Assembly (NCBI GenBank): GCA_947628895.1
Contig: CANRBS010000004.1
Coordinates: forward strand, 1 to 57,362
Source: an uncultured Bacilli bacterium
Lineage (GTDB): Bacteria; Bacillota_I; Bacilli_A; RF39; UBA660
Length of the DNA stretch: 57,362 nucleotides
Direction: 5' to 3'
Position numbers and translations under genes: made by a program. How positions within the stretch are numbered: position 1 is the stretch's first letter; each line of letters opens with the position of its first letter. The notes under the pieces were generated by a model, which was not told the DNA's origin, ran no database searches, and saw only the letters and a program-made list of their open reading frames with translations. Shown here one piece after another: positions 19,633 through 29,423 of this stretch.

Positions 19633-19833
19633 TTGAAGTTTAAGTCAAATATGAAAGAGAAATTTAATCAAATTAAATATCAACAAGAATTTAATAAGAA
19701 ACATTACAAAACATTTAAAGTTGATTTAAAGAAAGAAGAAATGTTAGAACTTGAAAATTTATTAAAAAAATTTAATTTAACAAAAGCTGAATTTTTAAGA
19801 AATTCAATAAAAGAACTAAAAACTAAAAATTAA
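19633..19833 (+). CDS. Small ribbon-helix-helix-like DNA-binding protein
   Basis: YQQEFNKKHYKTFKVDLKKEE...L....LTKAEFLR..I: strand-helix-helix pattern. Confidence 0.55.
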   Translation: MKFKSNMKEKFNQIKYQQEFNKKHYKTFKVDLKKEEMLELENLLKKFNLTKAEFLRNSIKELKTKN

Positions 19834-19906
19834 AAAAATCAATTAATAATTATTTGTAAAAATGAAAGGATGAAAATTGTCAATAAAAATTTTTTGCAAA
19901 CAAAAA

Positions 19907-19936
19907 GAGTGCTAACTCATTTAAGAATTAGCACTC
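19907..19936. terminator. Hairpin ending the lysis cassette
   Basis: GAGTGCTAA-N12-TTAGCACTC between convergent genes. Confidence 0.65.
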
Positions 19937-19939
19937 ATT

Positions 19940-20620
19940 TTATTTCTTTAATGTCTTAGATTTTGATAAAGTATTTTTCCCAAACAAACTATCTTGTTTT
20001 AATAATAATTTACTTTGAAGTTTTTTAACAGCAGATATAGTTTTATCTCCTATAATTCCATCAACAGATAATTTACTATCTACTGCCCAATTTAATAACT
20101 TTTGTAAATTTTTAACTTCATTTCCTTTATCACCTTTTTTAAAATATCCTCTACTTGGTAATTTTGGGAATGTTCCAGAATAAGATTTTTTTGATGTTGA
20201 ATTATTTATTTTTTTAGGTTTTATAGTAATGTGCATAACACTTCCTGATACATTATAATAATAAGATACATTTGATAATGTTTTAACATATGCTACTAAT
20301 TTCTTATAAGATACACCAGATACATAAAAATCACTTGCTGTAGTTCCTAATTCTTTATTATAAATATACCATGTATGATTTGATTTAATAGAACTATTTT
20401 TTTGCTTTGCATTATGTTTTACACATCTAGTTGGAGAAGTTATTGTTAATGATTTTCCAAAATGTGATCTTATTTTTTGCAAAGTTTCAGCTAATTCATA
20501 TGAATATGGAATTTCATGTGCTTTACAATATTTTCCATTACAGTGGCATGCAAATTCATTCCATTTAAAATTCTTAAAATCTTTTACATTATCTTTTGTT
20601 AAAATTTTAAAATCTACCAT
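19940..20620 (-). CDS. Endolysin: peptidase M15-like domain plus peptidoglycan-binding domain
   Basis: FKWNEFACHC, IRSHFG..LTITS..RC..HN, S.H; C-terminal KGDKGNEVKNLQKLL...VDGI.G.KT. Confidence 0.85.
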   Translation of the reverse strand: MVDFKILTKDNVKDFKNFKWNEFACHCNGKYCKAHEIPYSYELAETLQKIRSHFGKSLTITSPTRCVKHNAKQKNSSIKSNHTWYIYNKELGTTASDFYVSGVSYKKLVAYVKTLSNVSYYYNVSGSVMHITIKPKKINNSTSKKSYSGTFPKLPSRGYFKKGDKGNEVKNLQKLLNWAVDSKLSVDGIIGDKTISAVKKLQSKLLLKQDSLFGKNTLSKSKTLKK

Positions 20621-20622
20621 TA

Positions 20623-21003
20623 CTATACCTCTTCAGCTGCTTCATCTTCTTCTGGATCATTTTCTTCATATTCAGTTATATTTGCTTTTACATTTATTAA
20701 ATTAGCTAAATTCTTTAAGCATTTACAACCATATAGAACTATTCCTGCTGTGAATAAAATATTCATACCATCAAATAAATTTACACTTAGTCCATTTATT
20801 TCAGCTACCATTATATCTGGAGATAAATAACTACATAAATACATTAAGCTTATTGCTAGTATTATAAATATAGCTTTAAAAACTCCTTTTTTAAAGGTTT
20901 CTTTATCAAATTCTAATTTTAAACTAGCTAAACTAGTTCCAAGTAAAATATTAGCTACCATTAAAGCAACTAATGAAATTATTAATTTTATCATTTTTTT
21001 CAT
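20623..21003 (-). CDS. Holin-like membrane protein
   Basis: Three hydrophobic segments, acidic tail, immediately upstream of the endolysin. Confidence 0.7.
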   Translation of the reverse strand: MKKMIKLIISLVALMVANILLGTSLASLKLEFDKETFKKGVFKAIFIILAISLMYLCSYLSPDIMVAEINGLSVNLFDGMNILFTAGIVLYGCKCLKNLANLINVKANITEYEENDPEEDEAAEEV

Positions 21004-21015
21004 TCCTTCCTTTTT

Positions 21016-21408
21016 TTATTTTTTATTTCCCATAACTTTGTTCCATCTTGAATGTATATAGCTATTTCCGTGGTACAAATTGGTATATTTTTCGTAAGCA
21101 TCATATGCTCTTTCAATTTCTACTTCACTTAGTTTTTCACCATTTTCTACATCAGATAGAAACCTTACAATATAATTTTTGCATTGGTCTGCACCTAATG
21201 TATTTATTTTATTATTTAGATCTGATTGTAGATTCGTAATTTTTTCATCAAGTTCTTTTTTATTATTTTGAAGTAGGTCAGTTATAGGTTTTGTTATGAC
21301 TTTTGCAAATGCTGATTTAGTATATTTTATTAAAACTAAACATCCACCTATAAAGCCACCCAAAAAAAGAACATTTAAACTTAATGTTCCTAATGTTATA
21401 TCTTGCAT
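21016..21408 (-). CDS. Lysis-region membrane-anchored coiled-coil protein
   Basis: N-terminal TM, then coiled coil and YDAYEKY..LY.GNSY motif common in Firmicute phage lysis cassettes. Confidence 0.55.
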   Translation of the reverse strand: MQDITLGTLSLNVLFLGGFIGGCLVLIKYTKSAFAKVITKPITDLLQNNKKELDEKITNLQSDLNNKINTLGADQCKNYIVRFLSDVENGEKLSEVEIERAYDAYEKYTNLYHGNSYIHSRWNKVMGNKK

Positions 21409-21434
21409 TACTTCTCCTTTCTTTTATTTATAAC

Positions 21435-21611
21435 TTACTCTATAAGCAATTCATCATGGCTTTTATTTTTGTTTTTTTGTTTTGCAACAGGGCTAAACAA
21501 ATATTTAATTGCTTCAATAAATTTTTTGAGTCCTGCAACAAATCCTATCATTACACCAGCACAAAATAATAGTGCTAGTATAAATTTGCCTATAATTTCC
21601 AATGTTTCCAT
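21435..21611 (-). CDS. 58-aa single-TM protein, absent from the ORF track
   Basis: GAAAGGA RBS; METLEIIGKFILALLFCAGVMIGFVAGLKKF... Confidence 0.55.
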   Translation of the reverse strand: METLEIIGKFILALLFCAGVMIGFVAGLKKFIEAIKYLFSPVAKQKNKNKSHDELLIE

Positions 21612-21628
21612 TTTTGTTCCTTTCTTAT

Positions 21629-22141
21629 CTATATTTCAGTCCAACTATCATTGTATTCTATATTATTTTTTCTATCTAATATAAAATTTCCGAATTGTGT
21701 AGATAGTTCTTTTATATTCCAATAACCAAAACCATTGCCGCCATCAACATAAGCATAGATATAAATTCTTTTATTTGTTTCGTCTTTATAAAAATAGAAT
21801 TTGAAATTACCACCAATATTGACAATTTTTAATCTGTGAGCATTTACAACTTGTGTCCAAAATATAGTAATAATATCACTTGAATAATGTTGATTGTAAT
21901 AAAAATTATGACTTATTAATAATGTTGCAATGCCCCATTTTTCATTATTTGTAAACGCTTCAACATTTATATAACCCAATTGCATGTAATGGGTTGTATA
22001 TCCTGCACTTTGTGTTGATATATTAGTTTTGTATAAATTAGACTTTAAATTATCATTTAATTCATTAAAATTACCATTTAAATTTTTTGGATTTAAAGGT
22101 GTACTCGTATCTGGTAGAGCTTTAAATTCTGTTAATGCCAT
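21629..22141 (-). CDS. Putative tail fibre / receptor-binding protein A
   Basis: Position after tail genes; N-terminus LPDTSTPLNPKNLN shared with the upstream gene; beta-rich remainder. Confidence 0.5.
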   Translation of the reverse strand: MALTEFKALPDTSTPLNPKNLNGNFNELNDNLKSNLYKTNISTQSAGYTTHYMQLGYINVEAFTNNEKWGIATLLISHNFYYNQHYSSDIITIFWTQVVNAHRLKIVNIGGNFKFYFYKDETNKRIYIYAYVDGGNGFGYWNIKELSTQFGNFILDRKNNIEYNDSWTEI

Positions 22142-22195
22142 ATTTACGGCTAATTATTTTTGTTCTATATTATTTCATAATTTAACTTTTATTAA

Positions 22196-23011
22196 CTAAT
22201 AAATTAAAAAACATGGACGAACACCACCAGCTGCTGAAGCAGTAAAGCTATGTGCATAACCTGTGCCTGTAACATTACAAAACTCTTGAGGTTTAGATAC
22301 ATTTCTTAACCAATAGAATTGCCTTGATCCACTATCATCAAAAGCAATTATTTTACTTTTATCTAATCTAAATAAAGATAATTGTGAATTGTCCACTTCT
22401 TGATTAGTAGGTTTAATAGTTCCAGGAGATACATTGTGAAAAATATTAGATCCAAATACCATTAATTCATTCATTAATTCTATTGTTGAATTATACCAAC
22501 CAATATTAGATTCACAATTGTCATTAATAGCATTTGCAAATTGATTTTTATGACTTAAAATATGATCTATTCCAAAATCATTTTGAATAATCGTTTTAAA
22601 TGGATTTAAATTAGTTGTATACATTTCACTGCCTATATAAGCACCTGTTGCAATATCACTATTATTCATTTTTGCCATTCCCATAATTAAATCAGGAATC
22701 ATTAGAATGTGTTGTGTAGTACATTCTTGATCACCTTTATGAAGTCTATAGTTTATATCAGATACAAGATATTTTCTTCCACTTGATTTTCCAATTATGT
22801 AATCTCCAATAAATATATCATCAAATGTTCCATTAGCGATATTTTTTGATACAGTTCCATCATAAAATGATTTTGTGATATCTTTACCTCTGTAAATTGA
22901 GTTATGGAACCCTGCATTATTAGTTCCTAAAAGTTCAAAATTATTATTTAAATTTGTTGGGTTTAAAGGTGTACTTGTATCTGGAAGTCCTTTAAATTTT
23001 GTTATCGCCAT
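22196..23011 (-). CDS. Putative tail fibre / receptor-binding protein B with DUF6273-like lectin-type domain
   Basis: Shared N-terminus; IGDY, GAYIGSEM, YWLR and terminal GGVRP.F motifs. Confidence 0.6.
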   Translation of the reverse strand: MAITKFKGLPDTSTPLNPTNLNNNFELLGTNNAGFHNSIYRGKDITKSFYDGTVSKNIANGTFDDIFIGDYIIGKSSGRKYLVSDINYRLHKGDQECTTQHILMIPDLIMGMAKMNNSDIATGAYIGSEMYTTNLNPFKTIIQNDFGIDHILSHKNQFANAINDNCESNIGWYNSTIELMNELMVFGSNIFHNVSPGTIKPTNQEVDNSQLSLFRLDKSKIIAFDDSGSRQFYWLRNVSKPQEFCNVTGTGYAHSFTASAAGGVRPCFLIY

Positions 23012-23142
23012 ACAAGATCACCTTCATTCTTTAGAGAGCAAAAATAATTTTTATGCCTTGCCCCCTTTCCAAGCTCGTATATATATATATATGAGCAACC
23101 ATTATTTATAAAATTTGTTAAAATATTTTTTGCTTTTTTCAT
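23002..23142 (-). CDS. 46-aa ORF containing a TA tract, overlapping the start of the next gene
   Basis: GAAAGGA RBS; MKKAKNILTNFINNGCSYIYIYELGKGARHKNYFCSLKNEGDLVWR. Confidence 0.35.
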   Translation of the reverse strand: MKKAKNILTNFINNGCSYIYIYELGKGARHKNYFCSLKNEGDLVWR

Positions 23143-23159
23143 AATTTTCCTTTCTTTTT

Positions 23160-25649
23160 TTATTCTAATTCTTTTGTATAAATACCATTTACACCAAAAG
23201 CTGATAATAAATTATTATCAGAATTAACAATTCTTATTGGCATAAAACAATTTGATGTATCTAAAATTAATTTACCAGGGGATGATTTTTTTAAATTGTA
23301 ATAAATTAACTTTCGACAAACTAACATATCATCTATTCCTATTTTTCCATCTTTATTAAAGTCGTATTTTTCATAATCATTGCTTGTAGGAGTAATTTTA
23401 TTTTCACAAATTTGCTGTATTCTTTCTAAATCAGATTGTGTATAGTCATTAGGAGGAACGATTTCACACCATAGAGAATGATCTGTTATATGCCAACCTC
23501 CAATTGTTCCCCCAAGTGCAGTTATTAAACCATCTTTAGTTACTTTAAAATTATCACTCTCAATCGTTGTATTATCACTTGTTAAGTTGATTTCTTTGCC
23601 CTCTAAACTAATTTTGTCAGCATTAATTAAAATCTTTTCTGCACTTTGATTAATTTTAGAAATGATTTCATTATTTCCTACTTTTTTTAAAACTTCTGAA
23701 TTTATGCTTTCTGCTGTTTGAGTAATAGTTGAATTTAAATTTGATACTTCATTATTAAAATTCTTTTCAATTCTGCTAACTTCACTCTTAATAGATTCAT
23801 TAGTTAGTGTTATTGAACTTCTTAATTCAACTTTTGTTGCAAAATTATTTGTATAAGCATTTGAAGCCATTAATTTAACAAATAAATATGCTTCATCATA
23901 CCCTAATAAATAAACATTATAATCACCAGCACTTAAATTAATTGATGGATAATTATAATTATTTATTTTAGGTTCTGATAAAGCATGAGTTGTTCCATCA
24001 GCATTATAGCCAACTTTTTTAATAACTTGACATTGTTTGTTTTCATAATCTAATATAAATTCATCATATATTTCTTTGTTATAAATAAGTAAATCATCTG
24101 GTAATTCATAATCAAATATTTCTTTTGTTGTCGTATTCTCAAACCTTATTTTTCTGTTTTTTAAAAATAAGTCATCACTTGGAAATAAATTGTCATGCGG
24201 ATACAAATAAGAAATATTTTCATTAATAGGTTTAATTCTTATATATAAAGGTTCACTTTCACTAATTTTATTTAATGCTAATGAACCTTTATCAGTTTCA
24301 CCACTAATAATAAATTCTAAAATATTTTGAACTCTAGCAACAAGTTCATCATATCCTTCAATAAGATTTGTATTTATTTTTCCTGCAGAAATAAAATCTG
24401 CATTAAAACTTCCATCTTGTGTTAATGCATATTTAAATGGTCCTTCATATCCGTTTGAACTAAATCCTAATCCTCCTAAATTCCAACGCCAAACATTTTT
24501 TGCATTCTCAATTGGTAATTCATCTAAAATTAACAATTCATTTTTGGTTTGTACAATCTTACCATAACTTACCATTGAATTTATTATTTTAGTTTGAGCA
24601 TCTATTATTTCACTTTGTTTTGATATTTTGTCATTTGCTAAAACAATTTTTTCTTTTATTGAATTAAATTTGCTTTTTACACTTCTAACATAATTTCCAA
24701 AAACTAGTTTAATTATTCTATTAGTATTATGATTATATTCATATTCTTGAACTTCTGTTAACAGTTCAATTAAAGGATGCTTAACATGTATTAAATCTCC
24801 TATTTCTAATCGTTGATTTATATTTGAAACTATTTCATAACTTACATTTGGATATTTATTATTTTCTAAAAAAGCTAATGCTTTATTTCTTAATTCTGTT
24901 ATCAAGTTTTCTTCAGTTTGTTCATCTTCATCAAGCTCAGTTTCAAATGATTCAGTTATAGTATATGGTCTATCATACTGAATATCGCTTTCTAAAAACT
25001 TTTCAGGTAATAATAAACCATCTTTCCCAACAGGATATATTTTAGTACATACATTTGACCAATCTTCAAAGACTTTCAAACTCTCTAAATTTTTTTTATA
25101 AGAAATTACCTCACCATTATCATTGCCAATTTTTGTTAATAAAGATATATTCCAATTATCTGCATCAAAATAACCACCTATTTTTTCTTCAATTGTTTCC
25201 CAAGCTTCAAGTAAATTTTTTCTTATAAAATAATTAGTTGATATTGTTGTAACATCAGAATACACCCTAAATGGTGATTCTTTATCTGTCCTATCATTTA
25301 TGTAAGTTAATGCATTTATTCCATCTAATTTAGTTGGTCTTACATCTAATAAAAAATAATCTTTTGCAGTAAACATAACATGATTTGCTGTAAAGACTAT
25401 TGTTTTTGAAGTATATTCTATGTCATCAATTGTAAATGCTTGAGGATTTAATTTTGACTTTGTTTTTATAACAACAAGTTTATCCTTTAAAATATAGCTT
25501 TTAAATTTTATAGGTACTTCTATTTTAAGAAACCAACCATTTAAAGATTTTAATTTTGTTTCAATACAACTAATTGGATTAATACAAATGTTACCTAATG
25601 TTGAAAAATCTCTATCATCTGAATTAAAGATTTTTATCATAACCAACAA
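23160..25649 (-). CDS. Phage tail protein (Tal/endopeptidase-like) with C-terminal extension
   Basis: Follows Dit; G..ISYKKNL, TKIYPVGKDG, WRWNLGGLGFS..G..GP, ITQTAE.I motifs. Confidence 0.8.
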   Translation of the reverse strand: MLVMIKIFNSDDRDFSTLGNICINPISCIETKLKSLNGWFLKIEVPIKFKSYILKDKLVVIKTKSKLNPQAFTIDDIEYTSKTIVFTANHVMFTAKDYFLLDVRPTKLDGINALTYINDRTDKESPFRVYSDVTTISTNYFIRKNLLEAWETIEEKIGGYFDADNWNISLLTKIGNDNGEVISYKKNLESLKVFEDWSNVCTKIYPVGKDGLLLPEKFLESDIQYDRPYTITESFETELDEDEQTEENLITELRNKALAFLENNKYPNVSYEIVSNINQRLEIGDLIHVKHPLIELLTEVQEYEYNHNTNRIIKLVFGNYVRSVKSKFNSIKEKIVLANDKISKQSEIIDAQTKIINSMVSYGKIVQTKNELLILDELPIENAKNVWRWNLGGLGFSSNGYEGPFKYALTQDGSFNADFISAGKINTNLIEGYDELVARVQNILEFIISGETDKGSLALNKISESEPLYIRIKPINENISYLYPHDNLFPSDDLFLKNRKIRFENTTTKEIFDYELPDDLLIYNKEIYDEFILDYENKQCQVIKKVGYNADGTTHALSEPKINNYNYPSINLSAGDYNVYLLGYDEAYLFVKLMASNAYTNNFATKVELRSSITLTNESIKSEVSRIEKNFNNEVSNLNSTITQTAESINSEVLKKVGNNEIISKINQSAEKILINADKISLEGKEINLTSDNTTIESDNFKVTKDGLITALGGTIGGWHITDHSLWCEIVPPNDYTQSDLERIQQICENKITPTSNDYEKYDFNKDGKIGIDDMLVCRKLIYYNLKKSSPGKLILDTSNCFMPIRIVNSDNNLLSAFGVNGIYTKELE

Positions 25650-26311
25650 TCCTTTCTTTTTATATAAATAATAGAATCACCAGCTTTTATTTCTATATTA
25701 TTTTGTCCTGGATTTAATGTTGGAAAATCAAAACCCAATTTAATATTTCTATTTCTATTTAAATTTTTATATTGAACTGTGCAATTAAAACTGTCAATTT
25801 CAACATAATCTTCTTCATCAGGAAAATCATAAATTAATTCAATATCATTTATTAGTAATTTAACTTGTTTTTCAGTACCTTTAACAATTTTTATTATTGG
25901 ATACGATACATTATTTCCTTCATTATCAATAGTATCAGAAACTTCTACAAAGTCATCATTTGCTTTAAACCAAAAAGGTAACATTTTGAATGAAATATCT
26001 AATGTTCTAATTGTAACGGCTCTTATAGGATCTGCAGAATCTAAAAATCTAGCAATCGTATATTTACCATCATATTCAAATTCACCAGTACCATTTAGCC
26101 AAGATAAAATATCATTTATTTTGCTAACATCTTTTATATAAAGTTTCATTGTTTTATCTTTTGTAGCATATCCTAAATCGTTAAAAATTGAAATATTACT
26201 ACCATCAATTGTAATTTCTTCATATCTATGAGCTGCACGAGAAATAAATTGATTTTCTTCTTCACAAACAACATTCATTTGTTCACTTGAAATATTTTTA
26301 AATTTAAACAT
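25637..26311 (-). CDS. Distal tail protein (Dit-like)
   Basis: Directly after tape measure; FKFKNISS, IDGS, FP.L.PG.N.I. Confidence 0.75.
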   Translation of the reverse strand: MFKFKNISSEQMNVVCEEENQFISRAAHRYEEITIDGSNISIFNDLGYATKDKTMKLYIKDVSKINDILSWLNGTGEFEYDGKYTIARFLDSADPIRAVTIRTLDISFKMLPFWFKANDDFVEVSDTIDNEGNNVSYPIIKIVKGTEKQVKLLINDIELIYDFPDEEDYVEIDSFNCTVQYKNLNRNRNIKLGFDFPTLNPGQNNIEIKAGDSIIYIKRKDCWL

Positions 26312-28938
26312 TATACTACCTCCATCAATCTATCATCAATAATTCTTACAAATCCTTCTTTATCTAGAATAAATTTACAAGAGTTTAATGCTTTTAAAAA
26401 TGATAGATATAGTTTGTTATAATCGATAAAATTTGAAATTGGTGTGTTTGTACTTGAATTAGTTAATGGAACAACTTTTGTTGAAGATCCTTTTTGTAAT
26501 AATAATTCTGGTCCAGCTTCTGCAACAACAGCAGCTCCATTTAATAAATTACCACCTGAAGCCATATATTCAATTTTACCAACAGTTTTTAAATTAATTC
26601 CTTTTCCTGCTAATGGTCCTAATACATCCCAATCTGGAAGTTTTATTTTGTTTAATGCTTTGATTGCAACATTAATTCCAGAAATAAGACCATTTATTAT
26701 AGCAATCGCTGCATTTACATAAACTTTTACAAAGCTTGCTATTCCAGAAAAAATACCAGTAAATACATTTTTAACACCTTCTAATGCTTTTTTCCAATTA
26801 CCAGTAAAAACACCAGATATAAAATCTGCAATTCCTCCTATAATTTTTATAATAGAAGAAACTATATCACTTATAAATTTAAATGCAACTCTTAATAATT
26901 CACCTAAAATAGATAAAGCTGCTGAAATTTTAGCTATTATTACATCAATTGCACCTAATATAACTGGTCCTAATATTTCAATAATTGTATCAAAAATTGG
27001 TTTAATTTTAGACCAATTTTCTGAAATGGATAAAACAATATTACTTATCATTTCTTTAAAACTATTCCAAAGTGGTTCAATAGTTTCTGTCCATAAAGCA
27101 TTAAATGCTGCTTTTAACATTTCAATAATAGGTGATATTATATTTACCCAAATGTTATTTAAGGAGTCTTTAATTTCTTGAAACAATGTAGAAACAGCAG
27201 TTCTAAATCCTTCATTTGTATTCCATAATTCTTTAATAGCATTTGATACTAATACGATTGCAGCAACTATTCCAGCAATTATTGCAATAATTGGTCCTAC
27301 AGTTGTAATAATACCTGCAATAGTAGGTCCAATTGTCAATGCTAAATTTATAATACTACTTATTGATGTTGCCAATTTACCAATAATCAATAGAGCAGGT
27401 CCTAATGCTGCGACAACACCTCCAATAACTAATATTATTTTTTGAATACTAGGATTTAAATTGTTAATCCAATTTAAAACCACTTTAATTTTATCTAAGA
27501 ATTTTTGAATATAAGGTAAAATCAAATTTCCAATAGTTATTGCTAAATCATTTAAAGTATTTTTTATAATTTTAATTCTAGATTCAGTTGTCTGATACCT
27601 TTTGTTTGCTTCTTCAGTTAAAGCATTATTTTCTGTCCATGCAGTATTTCCTAATTTTAAAGCATCTTTAAATATATTACTTGCATTTGCTGATCTTAAC
27701 AATGAATCTCTTAATCTAGTTTCAGTTATTCCCATATCATCTAAAATTTTAATAGCACTTTTACCTGTTGTACCCGTTTTAGATAATCCACTAATAAATT
27801 CTAATATTGCTGATGCTGCATCTTCCTTAAATAATTTTGAAAATTCAGATGTTGACATTCCTGCAACTTTTGCAAAGTCTTTTAATTCATCTCCACCTTT
27901 TTCAACAGCTAATTGCATATTAACCATAACTTTACTAAATGCAGTACCACCTGCTTGTGCTTCTAAGCCAACACTTGAAAGAGCTGTTGCTAATGACATT
28001 ATTTCAGATTGACTCATACCAACTTGAGTTCCTGCTGAAGCAAGATTCATTCCCATTTGTGCTATTTCAGATTCTGTTGTAGCAAAATTATTTCCTAAAG
28101 CAACAATAACGGATCCTAATTTATCAAAATCACTTTGACTCATTTTTGTTACATTAGCAAATCTTGCTAATGTTGTTGCTGCTTCATCTGCTGAAAGGTT
28201 AGTGGCTTCTCCTAAATTTATCATAGTTTTTGTAAAACTCAATATATTTTCAGTTTGAATACCTAATTGTCCTGCAGATTCAGCAACACCACTAATTTCA
28301 GTTGTTGTTGCTGGTATTTCTTTTGATAAATCTTTTATGCCTTGTTTTAATTCTTCTAATTGTTCAGCAGTTCCATTAACAGTTTTTTCAACTCCCGCAA
28401 AAGCAGATTCAAATTCTATTGAAGATTTAGAAACCAATGTTAATGCACCAATATATGCAGCAGAAAATACCGACATCTTTTTTCCAACTGATGTTAGCTT
28501 ATCTCCTGACTCTTTCAAGCCGTTTGAATAATCTTTTAGTTTTGCTGTACCATTTTCTAATTCTTTACTAGTTTTATTTATTTGATTTTGATATCTTTGT
28601 AATGAAACTTCTGCTTCTTTTAATTGTGCAGATTTTTTTGCAATCTCTGTTTCATTTCTTTTTTCTGATTTTTCTGCTTCTTCTAATTCTGCTCTTAAAG
28701 TTGCAACTTTTTCTTTTTGAATATCGTATGCATTATTCAAATAATTTAACTTATCACTTAATTTTTGAGTAATAGTTGTAGATTTATCCCATTGTTCTTG
28801 AACCAATTTAAAATCTTGATAATTTTCTCTTAAATTAGAATTAATAACTTTTAAGGAATTTATAAAATCTACACTTCCATCAGCATTAAAAACTAATCCT
28901 ACTCTTTTTAAATCACTTGACATATTTGCTCCTTTCAA
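26311..28938 (-). CDS. Tail tape measure protein (TP901-type core)
   Basis: FESAFAGVEKT, LGNNFATTE.EI, AQAGGTAFSK, amphipathic repeats; probable start ATG at 28923. Confidence 0.92.
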   Translation of the reverse strand: MKGANMSSDLKRVGLVFNADGSVDFINSLKVINSNLRENYQDFKLVQEQWDKSTTITQKLSDKLNYLNNAYDIQKEKVATLRAELEEAEKSEKRNETEIAKKSAQLKEAEVSLQRYQNQINKTSKELENGTAKLKDYSNGLKESGDKLTSVGKKMSVFSAAYIGALTLVSKSSIEFESAFAGVEKTVNGTAEQLEELKQGIKDLSKEIPATTTEISGVAESAGQLGIQTENILSFTKTMINLGEATNLSADEAATTLARFANVTKMSQSDFDKLGSVIVALGNNFATTESEIAQMGMNLASAGTQVGMSQSEIMSLATALSSVGLEAQAGGTAFSKVMVNMQLAVEKGGDELKDFAKVAGMSTSEFSKLFKEDAASAILEFISGLSKTGTTGKSAIKILDDMGITETRLRDSLLRSANASNIFKDALKLGNTAWTENNALTEEANKRYQTTESRIKIIKNTLNDLAITIGNLILPYIQKFLDKIKVVLNWINNLNPSIQKIILVIGGVVAALGPALLIIGKLATSISSIINLALTIGPTIAGIITTVGPIIAIIAGIVAAIVLVSNAIKELWNTNEGFRTAVSTLFQEIKDSLNNIWVNIISPIIEMLKAAFNALWTETIEPLWNSFKEMISNIVLSISENWSKIKPIFDTIIEILGPVILGAIDVIIAKISAALSILGELLRVAFKFISDIVSSIIKIIGGIADFISGVFTGNWKKALEGVKNVFTGIFSGIASFVKVYVNAAIAIINGLISGINVAIKALNKIKLPDWDVLGPLAGKGINLKTVGKIEYMASGGNLLNGAAVVAEAGPELLLQKGSSTKVVPLTNSSTNTPISNFIDYNKLYLSFLKALNSCKFILDKEGFVRIIDDRLMEVV

Positions 28939-29094
28939 ATTCTAAATATTCTTCAATTAATTGGTAAAATAAAATAGGATTTAGTTTTTTAAATTCATTT
29001 CTACTAAGTCCTATTTTTAAAGCTGCAAACTCAATCTTTGCCCAATTTATTTCTTCTTTTTCTTCTTCTGAATAGATCTCACATCTTTTTTTTT
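28913..29094 (-). CDS. Tail assembly chaperone frameshift extension (-1 frame)
   Basis: -1 frame from the A9 run (plus-strand T9 at 29086-29094) reads RCEIYSEEKEEINWAKIEFAALKIGLSRNEFKKLNP...YVK. Confidence 0.7.
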
Positions 29095-29376
29095 AAATTC
29101 ATCCATTTTTTTAATTTCTTCTGATACAAAATTTATAATTCTTTCCATATCCTTTGTTTGAATTAAAGATATTGCTTCACGATATGTTAATACTTCATCC
29201 ATATTACATCTCAAAATTGAATATAATAAATGATTATGTAATTTCATTAAGTTATGTTTCGTATCCATATCTTTTTTTAATTCCTTGAAACCTCCAGGAT
29301 ATTCTTCTAAATATTCTAAAAATAAAAAATTATATTTAAGATCTATTTTTTTACCATTTTTTAAAATTATTATCAT
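29047..29376 (-). CDS. Tail assembly chaperone
   Basis: Between major tail and tape measure genes; carries the slippery A run near its end. Confidence 0.75.
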   Translation of the reverse strand: MIIILKNGKKIDLKYNFLFLEYLEEYPGGFKELKKDMDTKHNLMKLHNHLLYSILRCNMDEVLTYREAISLIQTKDMERIINFVSEEIKKMDEFKKKDVRSIQKKKKKK

Positions 29377-29423
29377 TTTTATTCCTTTCTATATGCAAAA
29401 AAAGGGCATATAGAATGCCCTAA

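Noticed and set aside
19907-19936. CIRCE heat-shock operator
   Set aside because: The arms are in the reverse order (GAGTGCTAA...TTAGCACTC) with a 12-bp spacer, and the site lies between convergent genes; better read as a terminator.
22196-22330. Phage DUF6273-like C-terminus as an active DGR variable region
   Set aside because: It has a VR-like ending (GGT GTT CGT CCA), but codons are mostly A/T-ending with no NNC excess and there is no template in the prophage.
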